DNA of 64,000 bases. Source: Marsupella aquatica (Eukaryota; Plantae; Marchantiophyta). Location of the stretch: the NCBI GenBank assembly GCA_973895155.1, contig OZ316895.1, forward strand, positions 15,196,816 through 15,260,815, read 5' to 3'. This document shows, piece after piece, positions 36,119-49,150 of the stretch. A program made the translations under genes and the position numbers. Position 1 is the stretch's first letter; every line of letters starts with the position of its first letter. The notes beneath the pieces are model-generated. The model was not told the origin of the DNA. It ran no database searches and saw nothing but the letters and a program-made list of their open reading frames with translations.

Positions 36119-39100
36119 GTGTTCTCTTTATTGTTTTCGTTCAGGGTGGTCGATATAGTCTTGGTCCCCTTGTGTCAAGCCTAGAGATCTGGCTGTGCAA
36201 ATACTGCCATCAAACATGGCCTATTGATGAAGCGTATACAGAGGATTAAAGCAGCTTTCATTTTTCCGCTGTTACTGTCCATCTCATGAGTTCCGTCGAT
36301 GTGATGAGTTTGTCCAGAGTCATAACCAGGTGATAAGTCTTAAATTTTGTCTCAGGGATGTTCCTAAGGCTTTTCTAATTTATGTTCTTGACACACGGAG
36401 GGTGCTGCGCTTTCATGGCTTTATTCAAAAACAACTTATCAAAAGCTAACTTTCACATTGGGACTTGCTTACCTTGGAAGAGTAAGGACTCAGGCTTCAC
36501 ACCGTTTCGCAAGTTTCGAAAGCACGATCTGCTTTGAAAAGGAGTTATTGAGAAACGGAGAGCGCATCATTAGTGTTCATTCCCCTACACTTCTCAGATC
36601 GTCTTGCTTCCAAAAGGAGTTGTATTGTCATTAGCTCTGGACATAGTTGCGATTGTAGTAAATCTTGTGTATCTTGTCATTATATAAATGCTGCCACATT
36701 TGCTTCAAGAGGTTAGAATCTCGTTGTAATCCGAAGGTTGATTTATTTCATTTTGCTGTGTGGGTGCTCCATTCCATTGATCAGTGTTTTGTTTTAATCG
36801 GGATCCAAGAAATTCAACTTTTCTGGATGTAGAATCATACTTCCTTTATGCAGATTCCGATTTGCTGAGTATTTAACATAGCGACAGTAGGTAGACACTC
36901 GTTTCTTTGGCTTGCCAGAGAACTGTTAAGCAGTAGCTCTCAAGTTATGACTGTCTAGCAGAGGTTTACCTCTCCCTAATTGTAAGTAAAGTCTCGTGTG
37001 ATTGTCCGAGATATGCGCATATTCTTGGGCCTTTATATCAGTCTGCTTTTTCCCTTCACGTGGAGGACGTTGGCATGTGGCTATTTGTGAGTAGGGAGTT
37101 CATTATATTTCCTTGCGATTGGATCAAATAGGTACCTAGAGAGAGACGGATATGTTCATTGGTATCTCATTTGCAATTCGAGTACAGAAAAATGAACCCA
37201 GGATGCTTTGAAGCCAACAGCTGAAATGATAAAGCCATTCAAAGTTGGATATGTCGATGAAAATACTGCATTCGACCGCCCACACAAATCATACCAGTTC
37301 CTAAGATGAACTCTTGCCTTTCGAAGTTCTGCATTTAGGAAGGCTTGTTTGTCATTTGAAAGACAGGACCAGGCAGCAAATGTGGAGATTGATTACTCTG
37401 TTGCTTGCACCTTCACCAGGAGAAAGACGCCGGTTCAATTCTAATACCTTGGATCTTCATATTCGTGATCACCAATTTTTGAACATTTTTCAGTCCTGTT
37501 TGCATCTTGTTATTTGGTGAAGACTTTCACTTGTTCTAGAATGCTGTCGTCCCTCCTCTAGTCAGCCTTGTCAACTAGTCTGTATTGTTCGACATGTGTT
37601 GGCTAAACTACTGTGATTTGGCAGTTCGGATCAGCTGGTGAGATCGGATGGAGGAGACATCCCTTCTGAGAAATCAACTTCCATAAGTTACAATCCAAGC
37701 TAAAGCACGGCAAAAATGTTTTTTCAACCGTATACTCGCAATGTGCTGAAGTGCTGGACTGAATGCCCGTTTGGATAGGCTCGCATCTGAGTAATGTATG
37801 AGATTCTGGAGCTTGAAAAGTTTAAGATCCCAATGAGGAACCAAGTTTTTGTTCACAATCCTATTGCTGATAAGGAACATTTCTGGAAACAAGTCAAGAG
37901 GAGCTTCCAACTTTCAAAGGGGCAGCGGAGTCTCACATGGGGAGAATTTATGTAATTGGGTAAAGTTGGACAAAGGTTTGCTGGACTGAAACTGATAATC
38001 CTTGAGATTTGAGACCTACTGGCTTTTCTCTAAAAAATAAAAACACTTCGGTCATTTTAGTTAAAAGTTTCAGCTGGTCAAATATTAAAGAAAACTACAA
38101 TTGGCTTTAGAAAACTACTAGCACATCAGCCATTGCTTTAGCATGGGATCCTGTGGTATCTCTTCCCTTCGTTGCTACAAAGCCAGAGAAGAATAAAGCC
38201 AGAAATATCTTTTGAAGGTAATGATCAAACTGAGTTCTATTGACGATGTGGGCTTGAACTATTTCCTTCTTTGACAATGTGTAAGCTATTTCCTTCTTTG
38301 ACAATGTGTAAGTAGGAAAGGTACAGGTGGTTGTTACAATGAAGGGTTTGGGTTCAATGCCCCCTTATTGGAAATGTGAACAAAAACTGTCACTTAGACA
38401 CAAAAGGAAAACTGCTTAATGGTTGTTGGATTCCTCAAGCATTCATCCACCTGGTTATTGGATCTACCAACAACATATACTCAATCCAACTAAGTGTGTA
38501 CCCTTCAGCTATGTCCTGGCTCCCAAACAGCCCTGATGTTTTCATCTTTTCTTCCCCTTGGTCTTTAGCATCACCATGTATGGATCCCTTATCTCCTCTA
38601 ATCAAGTGCAATCTAAGTTAAGATAGAGGCTTATGGTCTGGAGTGAAGCCTCTAGTCGGTGACTTTGGGACAACCTTATGGTCAAAGTGGCATTGGAAAT
38701 GGGCATGATTCACACTCACCATCTATTTATGAGAAAATCTCAGGTATTCAGAGAAGCTCTTATAATTAAGTCTGAAGAAGACTCTCATTTGGTTCTGAAG
38801 TGGCATTTGAAAATGCCATATACAACAAAGCAGATTCTCATTGTTGATGATTAACTTTCTGACTTTTCCAATAAATATATAGGAAAACTGTTAATGCTAC
38901 ATTTTTGCCTAAAGAAATCACAATTCCAATTAAATGGTTTTGTGCTTCCAAGTGTTAAATTTCCCACTATGCTCATATCAAACCTTATGGAGAATCAAGC
39001 ACTGTAATAAGCAACCTCACTACTTTTCTGTGCCGTCTAACCAATTTTTTTTAAAAATTGGGCAGAACTCAATCCTGCATGTTTGATAATATAGTGTAAA

Positions 39101-41019
39101 TTTTTCATGACCGTTGGATTGGTCCATATCCCCTGTCACACCTCGCCCACCCTCGCATGGTGCGCACAACACAATCCCATGTGCAGCGAGTGAGGCCCTT
39201 CCTTGGTTGCCATGCTTCGTTGCTGTGCCCCTCAAGGCAGGCCAAGTTGTGTGATGGACTCCCCTCCCCGAGAGTCAGGAGAGGGCAAGGGCCCACGTCA
39301 GGGAGAGAGGGCCAGGGCCAGTGCCAGTGCCCTCCGCTTCCTCCCTGATGCGTGGGGCTCAAGGGGGAGGAGAGAAAAGGGAGGCATCTCAACTCAGGTT
39401 AATGCAATATGATCTTCAAAATAGGAAGTATTGTGGTCCTTGGTCTGTATTTCATCTTGAGGTGGGGAAAGTTTAAATTGGAGTTGTTTTACCAGAAAGT
39501 CTCGAAAAATCTGTCCCTCTTTAGGGTCTGCATCGAAACAAAAGTTCTGTTATATTGTGTTTAACCAAACCGGTTTAGTACTTTGCCTCACTTATGCAAC
39601 TTCCATTCATAATGGATCCCAAAGAGCTTACAGTCACCAAGAAATAATCCTCCACAAAGACAACATACATGCATGTCTCAAGCCTTTTCAAACATTAGAA
39701 ATCTCTAGAATTGGCTATTTTTGACATCAATGACACTAAAGTTCTTGACCTTATCCAAACCTAGAAGCCACGCAATTCTGGTGTTCCCAGCAAGGTTTAT
39801 GGTGAGGTGGTCAAACCTAGTTTAGGAACAACATGACCAGATGGATGACGAATTACGGTTGGATTATGAAATGCTTTCAGTAACGATTCACCACTTTCTC
39901 TCATGTAATCTTTGTCACCTGGGCTTAGCCACACCAAATGTGTGTCAAAATGTCTATAATCTGAGCTATGGCAAACGTTCAGACTTTGTAGGCTGTGTTG
40001 ACAAAAAGAATCTTGAATGACTTTGTCTACATGCAATCTTCAAACACAGATATTGTAGATGCTGTGCATACTTAGGCATTCAATGTGTTCTGCTATTTCT
40101 AATGTAACATCTAGACACCATGAACTAGGAGGTTGTTAACACCATCAGTTATCACACACTCCCATCAATTGCTGTCAGAGGTCTTGCATAACTAGAAAAT
40201 GCAATCAGGCACTCCCATCAGCCAAGTTTCTCTCAGCTAACCTCGATGAATTTGTTTTTCACTCAGCAGCCTCATTTTTGAACATTTCCAGAGGAAAAAG
40301 TCCACTTGGCTAGTTTTATGGAGTCCAGTTTTGACTTAACACCTCTCTCAGTAGGAAGGTTCCATACACAAGTGACTGATGCTGATGGGAGCACTGAACT
40401 TGATAGTGGCAACTGATAGTTGATGAGGTTGTGACACTCACCAGGAGGTAGCTATTTATATATTAACAAGATATGTGGAAAGTTGACTCTAAGTACTGTG
40501 GGTTGGTGTGGGAAAACCACTCAGTTACTAGTACCAAATTGAGTACTAAAATCTTACAATAAACGCAGTATTTCAGCTCAGCAGTTATATGTGACACATC
40601 CAAGGGTCTCAAAATTTGAATTGCAAGGAACTCATTGATCAAGTAAGTCTACTAAGATGCAACTGTATAGATGCATGTATGAAGAGAGAGGAAATGTGAT
40701 GTTTGGAGGCAAGTAAGAATCAGTAATATCCAGAGATAATATTGAATACATTTCAAATGGTAATGATATTTCTTAAGTGGCATTTGAGTATTTATAATTA
40801 TGATGTAAAATGAGATCAAGCTTCAAATTTTTGTTAATACCTTGTCACATCTTTTCATTTTTCAGAAATTGTACTTTTGAGTATTGACTTTATTGGTTTT
40901 TGAGGAAAGGTGCTCAAAGCAAAGATCAACTAAAAGACATAAACAATAACCCTGGATAAAATACAGTTTCCCCACAGCGACAAGAGATGCCGCCACTATA
41001 TTAATTACAGTGAAGTGAT

Positions 41020-41225
41020 AGGCTGAAAACTAGGCAATGAGAGAACCCACACAAAAAGGAAAGGAGAGAGAAAAGGACTTGCAGCAGTAGAAAATGAAAC
41101 AAAGACATATGCACAACCAATTATGAGGCTGAAAACTAGGCAATGAGAGAAACCCACACGAAAAGGAAAGGAGAGAGAAAAGGCCTGGCAGAGGTAGAAA
41201 ATGAAACAAAGACATATGCACAATC
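41020..41225. repeat. Tandem duplication 2 x ~106 bp in FSH1 intron 5
   Basis: AGGCTGAAAACTAGGCAATGAGA...GAAAATGAAACAAAGACATATGCACAA at 41020 and 41126. Confidence 0.92.
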
Positions 41226-43310
41226 ATTGTTATCAAAACAGAAGCCAGGGACTCTGAATCTTTAAAAACTAATGGTATAATTTAATGTTTGGTGTCTATC
41301 ATTCTGAGAGTCCATGCAAGCACATAGTTAAACCATTGTGTCTGTCCAGACTTTTCATTCCAATTTGTCATCTAGCAAAGATGTTTTAATTTTAGAGCAA
41401 GTAGTTATAACTCAGATTTATGAAAAGGTTAGTTATATGAGGGCATATTAGCTCACATACAAGGAGTTAAATCAGATTGTCGTAAAATATTGCAAATGCT
41501 AAGAATGTTTAAAGTAAGGCAGGGTCTATAATATACTTATTTATTAACTAATTTGATTGATTAAAATTTGGATCATGTGTAAAGATAACTTAAGGTAGCC
41601 TGAGACACTAATTAATAGCAGTCTTGGGGAGTGGAAGGAGGGATGAAAAACTAGCAGCCACAAGGCCAACCATAATCCCTTAAGATCATAAAATTCATTC
41701 ATGATCTGGATAATGTTGCTACTACTAGCTAGTAATTCACATCAATTTGAAATAATTCTCAACCTATGATATGTAAAGAAGAACACATGAAAGTGTCAAA
41801 ATAGGCAGGTCTTAAACTCTTTGCCTTACTTCGACCCCCACCAACCAAAATGAGGAAGTTGATGTTTGGAATTTGTGGCCCCATACCCTATCACAAGAAA
41901 AATATGCATTGGATTGGTTCTTCCTTCAATGCCAGTGCAAATGCAAATCTAGTTATATGATACTATAAATCCCCATAACTCATTTTTGGACGATAAGATG
42001 AAGTGGGATGCACATACTTTAAATAAGGAACTAGGTTGCAAGAGCATATTTTGCCCTTGCAGCTTAATCTTTGGCAACGTAGATGCACAAGTAAGTTATA
42101 TTCTGATGGATTTAGTCGGGGATGTAGTGCATGTTTAATTCCCAAAAGTCTAAAGTGTAGAGGCAAAAATCATGTATAGGGATCACAGGCTTTGCACTTT
42201 ATGTATAATTATGTGGGCAAGAGATCCACTAGTGACATGTAAAATCTAAGCCAAAACCTTGATATCAAATCATACCTTTTCATTGAGTCCCACAAGTGCT
42301 GCTGATAGAATGGCCCCCTGTACATAGTTCAAGGACTTATTTTCCACCTTATGCATGTTATCGAGATAACTAAATATAAGCCCTTGAATTATTAAAGAAA
42401 ACATCCCTTTGATATCAACTTTTGATGATTGAAGTAAATATATAGTAAGGCCTCTGTTACAAGCTCTGTTGGAGAACTTGCAATCTTAAAAACATATATG
42501 AAGACACATGATTAATATGTTTGATTGATGATGACCTCAAGTTGGACTGAGGTCATGATAAATTAAGGGGCACTTTACGTAATGCAGGAGGCAGCAGTTT
42601 AGGAGATTTTTGTTGATCCCTTAAGTCTCATCCGTCCAGTACAACATGCCCAGCAATTCCCTTTACAAAACAAGGGAAGTACTGTAGGGCTTGGGAATAT
42701 CAGTCCTACCCCAATCCTACATGGAATTGGGTGGGACTCAGTTTAAAGCTTACAAGCTGAGAACTTTGTGCCAAAAGATTAGAACACAATCTAGAAGTGG
42801 TCCAAAGTTTTGTCAATGTCCCACTCAAATTGGCCCCACAGAAACTTATACTGGTTTTGGAATGGCTAATATTTGTTGGTACACAATGTGGGCGTTGGGT
42901 TAGGTTTGGATGATTTGGCTCAAACTGCTCCATGGTTATGTAATTCCTTGAAGGGATAGCTAGCCAAAAAATTGTACTGCCTCATAATTTGCTTAAATCT
43001 CAAAACCATAACTCTTGGAAATTAGTAAATATAAATCTAAAATCTGATTTCAACTTCAGGAAAAATAGCTTGAGTCGCCTTAGGGATGGATGCAGCATTT
43101 TGTGGGCAAGAGACACCCTCAAAAGCCTGAAAGGACCATCAAAGCTCCACCTCATTTGGACAAAATCACACCTTGACTGATGAACCAGTTAGATCCAAAG
43201 TTCTCAAAGTGAATGAGAAGGGAATGGGAAGGGCTTACTTGTGAAAATCCAATGACACCATCAAATGGTCCATTCTTTGAACTAAACGAAGAGAGGAGAG
43301 AAGTGGCGTC

Positions 43311-43785
43311 TGTTGGGTATTTACTCTTACGTCTAGGTTAGGTATGACGTGGTTGGTACAACAACGTGGGTTGGTACAACTACGTGGTTAGGTACAACTA
43401 TGTGATTAGGTACAACTATGTGGTTAGGTACAACTACGTGATTAGGTACAACTATGTGGTTAGGTACAACTACGTGATTAGGTACAACTATGTGGTTAGG
43501 TACAACTATGTGGTTAGGTACAACTAAGTTGCACACTATATCATAAGAGGCATGTGTGCTTGGAGAGGTAGAACCAAGGCTCATTGTTATGGAGCCACTT
43601 GAGAGATAGGGAGAGCTTACACTGTGGAGACTCGGTATAGCCGACGGGCTTAGAGTTCAGTAAAGTTCTCTTGTGTGTTCCCGTGGACGTAGCCTCAAGG
43701 AGGTGAACCACGTATCTCTTGTGTCGACTATTGTGCGTTGGATGGTTCATGGGCTTGCCGTTGCGATCGTCGTCTATGCTCAACA
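43311..43785 (+). repeat. 5' LTR (475 bp)
   Basis: TGTTGGG...GCTCAACA; no differences from the 3' LTR seen on base-by-base reading. Confidence 0.97.
43345..43526 (+). repeat. U3 minisatellite, 10 x 18 bp (GGTACAACTAYGTGRTTA); same array in the 3' LTR at ~48710-48891
   Basis: GGTACAAC recurs every 18 bp from 43355 to 43517, just upstream of TATA-like CTATATCATAAG (~43536). Confidence 0.95.
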
Positions 43786-43787
43786 AT

Positions 43788-43799
43788 TGGTATCAGAGC
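43788..43799 (+). other. Primer binding site (initiator tRNA-Met)
   Basis: TGGTATCAGAGC, 2 nt after the 5' LTR; this is the canonical plant iMet PBS. Confidence 0.95.
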
Positions 43800-44356
43800 A
43801 TGCTTGGGAGGTGACGTGTGTTCGTGACGGGATTTCATGACGGTTTTTCCAGCGTTGAGTGTTGGTGGATTTTCCAGAGTTCCATCGCATGGAACTTGGA
43901 GTTTATGGGCTCAACGGATAGATCAGGGCAAGAGCTTTCTAACGGTGTGAAGAAATCGTTGAACGGAGCTCGTGGTGCAGAGAGATCTAAGTTTTCGTCA
44001 TTCTGGATTTTGTGAAGAAAGTTGGCAATCGACTCGGAGGGAGAAGCGTCAAGTGTTTTGACTCAACGGAGAGATTGAGGCAAGACGATTGTTTTTGAGT
44101 CCGGGATTGGCTCTTTGATGCAAAGAGGAAGGCTAAGCAAAATCAATTACCTTGTTGGACTTGGTGACGGCACCAAGTGCAATTGATCAACATTCGTTGT
44201 TGACAAGACGTGGAACTTGAAGCACGAGGATCACCGCGGAGGTTTCAGGGGCAGAGAGAGGAGCAGGAGGAAGAGCACGTGACACCGATACCATCACCGG
44301 TGCGGCGTGTGGTGGAGGAAGCAGTACTACTACCGGAGCTCACGGTAAAGAAGAAG

Positions 44357-47300
44357 ATGGGGACTTTCAAGCTTGGGGGACCCAAGTATGAAGTGACAAA
44401 GTATGATGGGCGCTCTGACTACTTGCTATGGGAGAAGCAAGTGAAGGGAGTGCTTTATGCGTCAGGGATGGGCCAACTGCTGAGCCCTCGTGAAGACGAT
44501 GTTGATGAGAAACAATGGGACCGCATGCAGGAGCAGGGAGTGTGGTGTGTTACACTCTATCTCATGCCTCCCATCATCAAGCAGTTAGGTGCACATAAGG
44601 ATTGCATGTCCTTGTTTGCGGAATTGCAGAGCAAGTATCACCGCAAGGAGTTGTCGAACCGGCTCTACACTTCCTACAAACTGATGAGTTTCAGGATGAA
44701 GGAATCTGGTACGAAGTTGCAAGACCATGTGGATGCTTTCAACGACATGGTCGTTGACTTGGAAAACCTTGGGGAGACTTTGAATGATGAGACGAAGGCT
44801 CTGCAGCTTCTTAGTTCATTGCCTCCATCTTACCAGTCCCTATCACGAGTGTTGTTGCATCGTGATAGGGATACCATTTCATACAATGACGTGGTAAGTT
44901 CTCTGCTTAGTGATGATCTTCAGCAGAAGATGCACATCACGTCATAGCCTTCATCATCTGGTGCTGCCCTCAATGTTAACCGTGGGAGGAGTATGCAGCG
45001 ACCAACTGGGGACCGTAGAACCCAGTTTAGATCTAAATCCAGATCTAAGTCTAAGGGTAAATCCCCTCAGAGGAGGCAGGTGACATGTTGGAAGTGCAAC
45101 CAAGTTGGACACTTCAAGCGAGACTGTAAGGGAAAGGCAGCGGAAACTTCATCGGCAAATGTGGCTAGGGCTGATGGAGAAGCTGATTTACTCAATGATG
45201 AGTATGTTTTATGAAGCCGGGGGTATGCCCTGTGCACGTCATCTAGGAGAGCAGATGATGTGTGGATTCTTGATTGTGCTTGCTCTTTTCATATTTGTTA
45301 CATTCGTGAGTTTTTCAGTTCTTACTCTGTTTCAAACGGTTCAGTTCTGATGGGAAATGATCACTCCTGTCAAATTGAGGGAATTGGGTCTGTGAAGATT
45401 CAAATGTTTGATGGCGCTGTGCGCATAGTGTCCGGAGTCAGGTATGTACCTGGCATGCGTAAGAATCTGATTTCACTCGGTGTGTTGGATTCAAATGGTC
45501 ATCAATGGAGCGTTATTGATGGTGAACTTCAAGTCAGGTCGAGAGAGACAGTGATTTTGAAGGGGAGTAGACAAAAGAATTTGTATGTGTTACAGGGCAA
45601 TACTGTATGTGGAGAGGCCAATGTAACCAAGTCTCACGAGGAGATGACTCAACTGTGGCATTCACGGCTAGGCCACATGAGTGAGAAGGGTTTGGCTATC
45701 TTACGGAAGAATGGACTCATTTCTGATTTGCAATCTTGTAAATTAGAGTTTTGTGAGCATTGCATTCTTGGAAAGCAGCATCGTCGTGCTTTTGGTGTTG
45801 GAACTCATCGTTCCAAAGCGGTTCTTGAGTACATACATAGTGACGTGTGGGGTCCATCCCCGACTCCCTCACACTCTGGAAAGTTGTACTATGTATCATT
45901 TATTGATGATTACTCAAGATTTGTGTGGATTTATTTCATGACGCATAAGTCTGATGTCTTGTCCATTTTTAAGAAGTGGAAGGCCCAGGTGGAGAATCAG
46001 ACTGGAAACACGATCAAGTGTTTGGATACAAGGGTGAAGAGTCTGAGGTCAGACAACGGCGGGGAGTACACTTCAATGGAATTTGAAGAGTACTGTTCAG
46101 AACAGGGGATAACTCGCCATCTCACCACAGTTTATACTCCGCAGTAGAATGGTGTCGCTGAGAGGCTCAATCGGACACTGTTGGAGCGGTCACGGAGTAT
46201 GTTGAGCCAATCAGGTTTACCACAAGAATTTTGGGCAGAAGCTGTCAATACCGCAGCTTATTTGGTAAATCTTTCTCCTTCTAGTGCTATCAATTTCAAA
46301 ACGCCGTTTGAGATGCGCTATAAGCGGCAAGCAGACTATCATGGCTTGGTAATTTTTGGAAGTGATGCATATGCTCTCACACCAAAGCAGAATAGGACCA
46401 AGTTGGATCCTACCTCCAGGAAATGTGTTTTTCTTGGGTACCAGAGTGGTGTGAAAGCCTATAGGCTATGGGATCCTATTGCCTGTAAGCTCGTTGTCAG
46501 TAGGGATGTTTCCTTCAATGAATCCAGATTATTGAAGGAGGGGGAGAATACTCAGGTCTCCCGTACTGACAAAGGAAAATCTCCTATCCCGGATCTCGTT
46601 GAGGGGGAGATTGGTTATGAGATGCATGACCGGAGAGAAGGAGTTGCTCCAATTATGGAGCTGGTTCCTATGCCAGAGGAACCAGAGGAGTTTGTTGATG
46701 CTGGTGAGCAACAAGTGGATGCTGTTGAGCTTCAAATTGTACCAGCACACGCAGATCAACCGGAGTCATCGACTAGAAGAACATCTGGTCGCACTGTACA
46801 CGCTCCATCAAGGTATGGACAGTGGGTTGATTCATCTCAACTGCAAGAGGATGATTTTACAGCTGATGATGAGGGTGATGCGTTAATTTTGGAAGAAGGA
46901 GAACCTTCTTCATTTCATGAGGCAAGTGCTTCAAAAGAGAAGCAGAAGTGGACTGCAGCAATGCAAACGGAGATGCAGTCACTAAAGGACAACAAAACTT
47001 GGGAGCTTGTTAAGCTGCCTAAGGGTCAGCAAGTGGTGGACAACAAGTGGATTTACAAGCTGAAGGATAATTCCATAGGAGGTGGATCGAAGGTCTACAA
47101 GGCTAGATTGGTAGCAAAGGGATTCACACAAGAGAAAGGTGTGGATTATAATGAGGTCTTCTCACCAGTTGCTAAGTACTCTACAATACGACTATTGTGT
47201 GTACTTGTTGTAATGTTTGGTCTGCTCCTAGATCAGATGGATGTTGTCACAGCTTTCCTCTATGGCACATTGGAAGAGGTGATCTTCATGAGACAACCGC

Positions 47301-48484
47301 TAGGTTTTGTGAAGAGAGGACAGGAGGAATTGGTTTGCAGATTGCTGAAATCCTTGTATGGGTTGAAGCAGTCACCAAGACAGTGGAACAAGCGGTTTGA
47401 CGATTGGATTCGGTCACAAGGTTTTCACAGAAGTGTATTTGACCCTTGTGTGTATTTGAAACCGGTGAAGAATGTTGTCTTTGGGTTCATTGTTTTAGTA
47501 CTTTATGTGGATGACATGCTAATTGCAGCCAAGGATAGGTCTGAGATTGTTAAGCTCAAGGCACTGCTTAGTGCAGAGTTTAAGATGAAGGACTTAGGGC
47601 CAGCTAAGAGGATTTTGGGTATGGAGATCACTATGGACTTGGAGGCTGGCAAGCTATGGTTGACGCAGAGCAGTTATGCGAAGGTAATTGCAAGGTTCAA
47701 CATGGAGAATAGCAAGCCAGTAAGTACCCCGTTGGCTCCACACTTCAAGTTATCATCAGCGTTCTGTCCTACGGATGACACAGAGAAGGGGTTGATGTCA
47801 AAGGTTCCATATGACAAGGCAGTGGGGAGTCTCATGTATTTGATGACTTGCACTAGACCTGATCTTGCCATGACTATGGGCAAGGTGAGCAGGTACATGT
47901 CGAATCCAGGGAAGGTACACTGGGAAGCAGTGAAGTGGATTATCAGGTACTTGAAGGGTACCGTGGATCATGGTCTTTTATTTGATGCGAATGCAAAGAA
48001 TGCTAGATCATTGATTGGCTATGTAGATTCTGACTATGGACAAGATTTGGACCGAAGGAGATCAACAACAGGATACGTGTTCACACTTGGCGGTGGATGC
48101 ATAAGTTGGAGGTCTACTTTGCAGAAGTGTATTGCTCAGTCTACTACAGAAGCGGAGTATGTTGCAGCTGCGGAAGCAGCAAAGGAAGCGATTTGGTTGG
48201 ATAGACTTATCACTGAAATGGGATTGCCACAGGGGAATGTGAAGCTCCATTGTGATAGTCAAAGTGCGCTCCACCTTGCTGTGAACCAGGTGATGGACAG
48301 TAGAGTGAAGCACATTGACGTCAGGTACCATTTTATCAGGCAGGCTGTGTCTGATAATTTGTTTGAGCTAGTCAAGATTGATGGTAAACTCAACCCGGCT
48401 GACGCATTTACCAAAGTGATTCCTTTGGAGAGTTTCTCTAGACACCGTGACGTATTGCAGGTTTTGCAATTGCATCACAAGTAG
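44357..48484 (+). pseudogene. Copia gag-pol polyprotein in one reading frame, interrupted by 3 in-frame stops (44945 TAG, 45212 TGA, 46145 TAG)
   Basis: Zn knuckle CWKCNQVGHFKRDC; PR WILDCACSFH; INT LWHSRLGH..CEHC, HSDVWGP, RSDNGGEY, TPQ*NGVAER; RT YKARLVAKGF, LYGLKQSPRQW, YVDDML; RH DSD..STTEAEY..CDSQSA..NPADAFTK. All four ORF pieces share the same frame. Confidence 0.95.
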
Positions 48485-48664
48485 AGTTTTCTTAAACATT
48501 CATTGTAATTACTGATATATGCTCTTCCTCATTCCTATGTATTAGGCTACGGCTTAGTTCTGGTTTGCTCTAGTTAGAGAGGGAAACCGGTTTGGTTTCT
48601 GTCCAGAACTTCCCGCTGAGGGATCATATACATTGGCAGTATTACTCTCCCCTAGACCAGAGTC

Positions 48665-48675
48665 AAGGGGAAGAT
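48665..48675 (+). other. Polypurine tract
   Basis: AAGGGGAAGAT immediately before the 3' LTR. Confidence 0.9.
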
Positions 48676-49150
48676 TGTTGGGTATTTACTCTTACGTCTA
48701 GGTTAGGTATGACGTGGTTGGTACAACAACGTGGGTTGGTACAACTACGTGGTTAGGTACAACTATGTGATTAGGTACAACTATGTGGTTAGGTACAACT
48801 ACGTGATTAGGTACAACTATGTGGTTAGGTACAACTACGTGATTAGGTACAACTATGTGGTTAGGTACAACTATGTGGTTAGGTACAACTAAGTTGCACA
48901 CTATATCATAAGAGGCATGTGTGCTTGGAGAGGTAGAACCAAGGCTCATTGTTATGGAGCCACTTGAGAGATAGGGAGAGCTTACACTGTGGAGACTCGG
49001 TATAGCCGACGGGCTTAGAGTTCAGTAAAGTTCTCTTGTGTGTTCCCGTGGACGTAGCCTCAAGGAGGTGAACCACGTATCTCTTGTGTCGACTATTGTG
49101 CGTTGGATGGTTCATGGGCTTGCCGTTGCGATCGTCGTCTATGCTCAACA
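48676..49150 (+). repeat. 3' LTR (475 bp)
   Basis: Identical by eye to the 5' LTR and followed by TSD GCGTC. Confidence 0.97.

Larger units (their letters stand above)
43311..49150 (+). mobile_element. Full-length Ty1/copia LTR retrotransposon (Tnt1/Tork-like), 5840 bp
   Basis: TG..CA LTRs at 43311-43785 and 48676-49150; TSD GCGTC at 43306-43310 and 49151-49155; PBS, PPT and domain order gag-PR-INT-RT-RH. The Gag start (KYEVTKYDG) resembles Tnt1. Confidence 0.98.

Noticed and set aside
39700-39816. Alternative FSH1 endings (readthrough PKLGLTTSP*, or exon GLDKVKNF...*)
   Set aside because: The nearby exon needs a ~56-nt intron; exon 39527-39394 has a better acceptor and a family-like helix (DPKEGQIFRDFL).
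43333-43584. VVPNH-repeat ORF on - (also 48698-48949), or a CRISPR-like array
   Set aside because: This is just the translation of the 18-bp LTR minisatellite; there are no spacers.
44210-44356. Extended Gag N-terminus from GTG 44210
   Set aside because: Non-ATG start; Tnt1-like Gag similarity begins at ATG 44357. It cannot be fully excluded.
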